Shown here piece after piece: positions 62,141 to 64,000 of a stretch of 64,000 nt of DNA. This DNA is from Lysobacterales bacterium (lineage in GTDB: Bacteria; Pseudomonadota; Gammaproteobacteria; Xanthomonadales; SZUA-38). A program made the position numbers and the translations under genes. The number at the start of each line of letters is the position of its first letter. Position 1 is the stretch's first letter. The stretch is taken from assembly GCA_028285525.1 (NCBI GenBank), contig JANQOZ010000004.1, positions 3,329 through 67,328 of the forward strand. The letters are read 5' to 3'. The notes beneath the pieces were generated by a model. That model was given only the letters and a program-made list of their open reading frames with translations, was not told the DNA's origin and did not search any database.

Positions 62141-63262
62141 GTGGGACATCAACAGTCGCCCATTGTGGGCGAAAACAAGCTGAAGCTGGGGTTCTTCTCA
62201 CCGAACTGCTCCAGCGGCATGGCCGTGACGAAGGTCGAAGAGCGCTGGGTCAACAGCTGGGAGAACAACATCCGGCTGGCCCAGCTGGGTGACGAGGCCG
62301 GGATCGAATTTGTCCTGCCCATCGCCCGCTGGATTGGCTATGGCGGTGAGACCGACTTTCACGGCAGCGTGCTGGAGACCATCACCTGGGCTACGGGGCT
62401 GCTCGCCCACACGAAGCGGATTAACGTGTTCGCCACCGTGCACACCGCGTTTATCCATCCGGTGGTGGCGGCCAAGCAGCTGGCCACCGCAGATCAGCTC
62501 AGCAGCGGGCGCCTTGGCCTGAACGTTGTCGCCGGCTGGAACAAGCCGGAGTACGACGCTTTCGGGGTCGACCTGCCGGAAGCCCACGAGGACCGTTACG
62601 CGCTGGCGCAGGAGTGGTTTGACGTCGTCAACGCGATCTGGGGCCACGAGGGCCCCTTCGACTGGAATGGCAAGTTTTTCAATTTGAAGGGCATCTACGG
62701 CTACCCGCGACCGTTCGACGGCAAGCCGCCGATCATGAACGCCGCCGGCTCCAAGCAGGGGCGCGAGTTTGCCACCCGCAACGCTGATTTTCTGTTCTGT
62801 ATCTCGGTTGATCCCGACGAATCGCGCCAGGAAGTGATCGACATTCAGGACGGCGGCAAGGCTCACGGCCGCAACACAGGCGTATTTACCCTGGCGCACG
62901 TCGTGTGTCGGCCTACCCAGGCCGAGGCTGAGGAGTACCTTCGCTACTACGCCGACGAAAACGCCGACTGGGACGCGGTCGACAACCTGATGAGGCTACA
63001 GGGAATGCACGCGCAGTCGTTCCCGGCTGAAGCGCTGCAGATGCTGCGTGGTCGCTTTGCGGCTGGCCACGGCACGCTTCCGCTGGTCGGTGATCCCGAC
63101 ACGGTCGCGGCAGAGCTCAAGCGGATCAGCGACGCCGGCTTTGCCGGCTGCACTCTGTCTTTTGTGGACTACGCCAAGGAGTTTCCCTACTTCCGCGACG
63201 AGGTGATGCCCCGCCTCGAAGCCATGGGCCTGCGCAACCCTATGCCCACCGTGGCCGCCTGA
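62141..63262 (+). CDS. LLM-class (luciferase-like) flavin-dependent oxidoreductase
   Basis: 373 aa. GTG start after caggaga. LLM-typical GRLGLNVVAGW and the overall pattern. Confidence 0.88.
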   Translation: MGHQQSPIVGENKLKLGFFSPNCSSGMAVTKVEERWVNSWENNIRLAQLGDEAGIEFVLPIARWIGYGGETDFHGSVLETITWATGLLAHTKRINVFATVHTAFIHPVVAAKQLATADQLSSGRLGLNVVAGWNKPEYDAFGVDLPEAHEDRYALAQEWFDVVNAIWGHEGPFDWNGKFFNLKGIYGYPRPFDGKPPIMNAAGSKQGREFATRNADFLFCISVDPDESRQEVIDIQDGGKAHGRNTGVFTLAHVVCRPTQAEAEEYLRYYADENADWDAVDNLMRLQGMHAQSFPAEALQMLRGRFAAGHGTLPLVGDPDTVAAELKRISDAGFAGCTLSFVDYAKEFPYFRDEVMPRLEAMGLRNPMPTVAA

Positions 63263-63825
63263 TGGGCAGCAGCCGACGTCGCTTTGTCGGCGCGAGCGGT
63301 GCTGGCCTGCTGACGTTTGTCGTCGCCGGGTGCCAGCGGGAGCTGACTCCTGCGCAGGCGCGAGAAGCGGGTGCCGAGCTCCAGACGCTGTCCGCTCAGC
63401 AGGCTGCTTTGGTCGACGCGCTCGGTAACCAGCTGGTGCCGGGCGCCGCAGAAGCCGGGCTCTCTCATTTCATTGACCAGCAGCTGGCGGCAGCACCCGA
63501 TGAACAGCTGCTCATGGTGAAGTATCTCGGCGTGCCGGCACCGTGGGACGGGCTGTACCGCGATGGTTTGGCGGGCGTGAACGCAGCGGCACAGGCGATT
63601 CATGGTCAGGATTTTGTGGACCTGTCCTCTGAGCAGGCGGGCGAGCTGGCGGCGGCTCTCGCAGGAGGGAGCATCGAGCCCTGGCAGGGGCCGCCCGCAG
63701 GGCTGTTTTATTTTGTGCTGCGTAGCGACGCCATCGATGTGGTCTACGGCACGCAGGCAGGCTTTGAGCGCTTGGGGCTGTCTTATGCCGCCCACATCAC
63801 GCCCCCCGACGGATGGGCATCGTGA
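63262..63825 (+). CDS. Tat-exported gluconate 2-dehydrogenase subunit 3-like small subunit
   Basis: 187 aa. Twin-arginine SRRRFVGASGAGLL with the VAGC lipobox. Immediately precedes a GMC flavoprotein gene. Confidence 0.75.
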   Translation: MGSSRRRFVGASGAGLLTFVVAGCQRELTPAQAREAGAELQTLSAQQAALVDALGNQLVPGAAEAGLSHFIDQQLAAAPDEQLLMVKYLGVPAPWDGLYRDGLAGVNAAAQAIHGQDFVDLSSEQAGELAAALAGGSIEPWQGPPAGLFYFVLRSDAIDVVYGTQAGFERLGLSYAAHITPPDGWAS

Positions 63826-64000
63826 GTTTACCTTCGCGCGCTGACGTGATTGTCGTGGGTTCCGGCGCGGCCGGCAGCACTATCGCAGCCAAACTCGCCG
63901 AAGGCGGGGCTGATGTGCTGATTCTGGAAGCTGGACCCAAACGATCGCCGGCCGACATGGTGAGTTCCGGCATCTGGGCCCGGCGCCTGAAGTGGAACGG
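63822..64000 (+). CDS. GMC-family FAD-dependent oxidoreductase (N-terminal part; runs off the window end)
   Basis: The GTG at 63822 overlaps the upstream stop (GTGA). MSLPSRADVIVVGSGAAGSTIAAKLAEGGADVLILEAGP is a classic FAD dinucleotide-binding fold. Absent from the ORF track because there is no stop in the window. Confidence 0.75.
   Translation, partial: MSLPSRADVIVVGSGAAGSTIAAKLAEGGADVLILEAGPKRSPADMVSSGIWARRLKWN

Overview
Gene-dense, high-GC bacterial chromosomal segment. My hand counts of 120-nt samples give about 68% GC in a core operon. I annotate 52 protein genes. By eye I saw no rRNA, tRNA, CRISPR array, transposase or integrase. The content (three TonB-dependent receptors, many Sec/Tat-exported hydrolases, MFS transporters, two ECF sigma factors) suggests an environmental, possibly marine, Gram-negative proteobacterium, but the taxon is a guess. 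Region 1-35.8 kb holds catabolic and transport operons. These are a LysR regulator; a PhyH-type dioxygenase; an MFS/methyltransferase/FAD-oxidase operon; an acyl-CoA synthetase/MFS/serine-hydrolase operon; a cupin/OCD/PEP-mutase-family/ALDH/SDR operon; and an RpiR-linked TonB-receptor locus with exported esterase, S9 peptidase and an atypical CN-hydrolase. Region 35.9-54.4 kb looks accessory. It has an ECF sigma factor with no anti-sigma gene, followed by two tandem paralogous membrane Ser/Thr kinases. Around them sit exported beta-propeller, beta-helix and fibre-like proteins, a low-GC islet (about 50%) with a legumain-like C13 peptidase and a dead paralogue, and a PLD-family lipoprotein. The most unusual signal is that five otherwise unrelated exported proteins carry the same C-terminal F-x-[N/D/S]-[G/S]-F-E tag, and four of them cluster around the sigma/kinase module and the C13 peptidase pair. 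I propose, as inference only, a regulated tag-plus-processing system for surface or secreted proteins. Region 54.6-64 kb has a fasciclin gene next to a SigK/RskA-like pair, thiopurine methyltransferase, an FAD monooxygenase, and a MarR-like/TonB-receptor/LLM-oxidoreductase/GMC-dehydrogenase locus. All functional calls rest on motif recognition by eye; no database search was possible.
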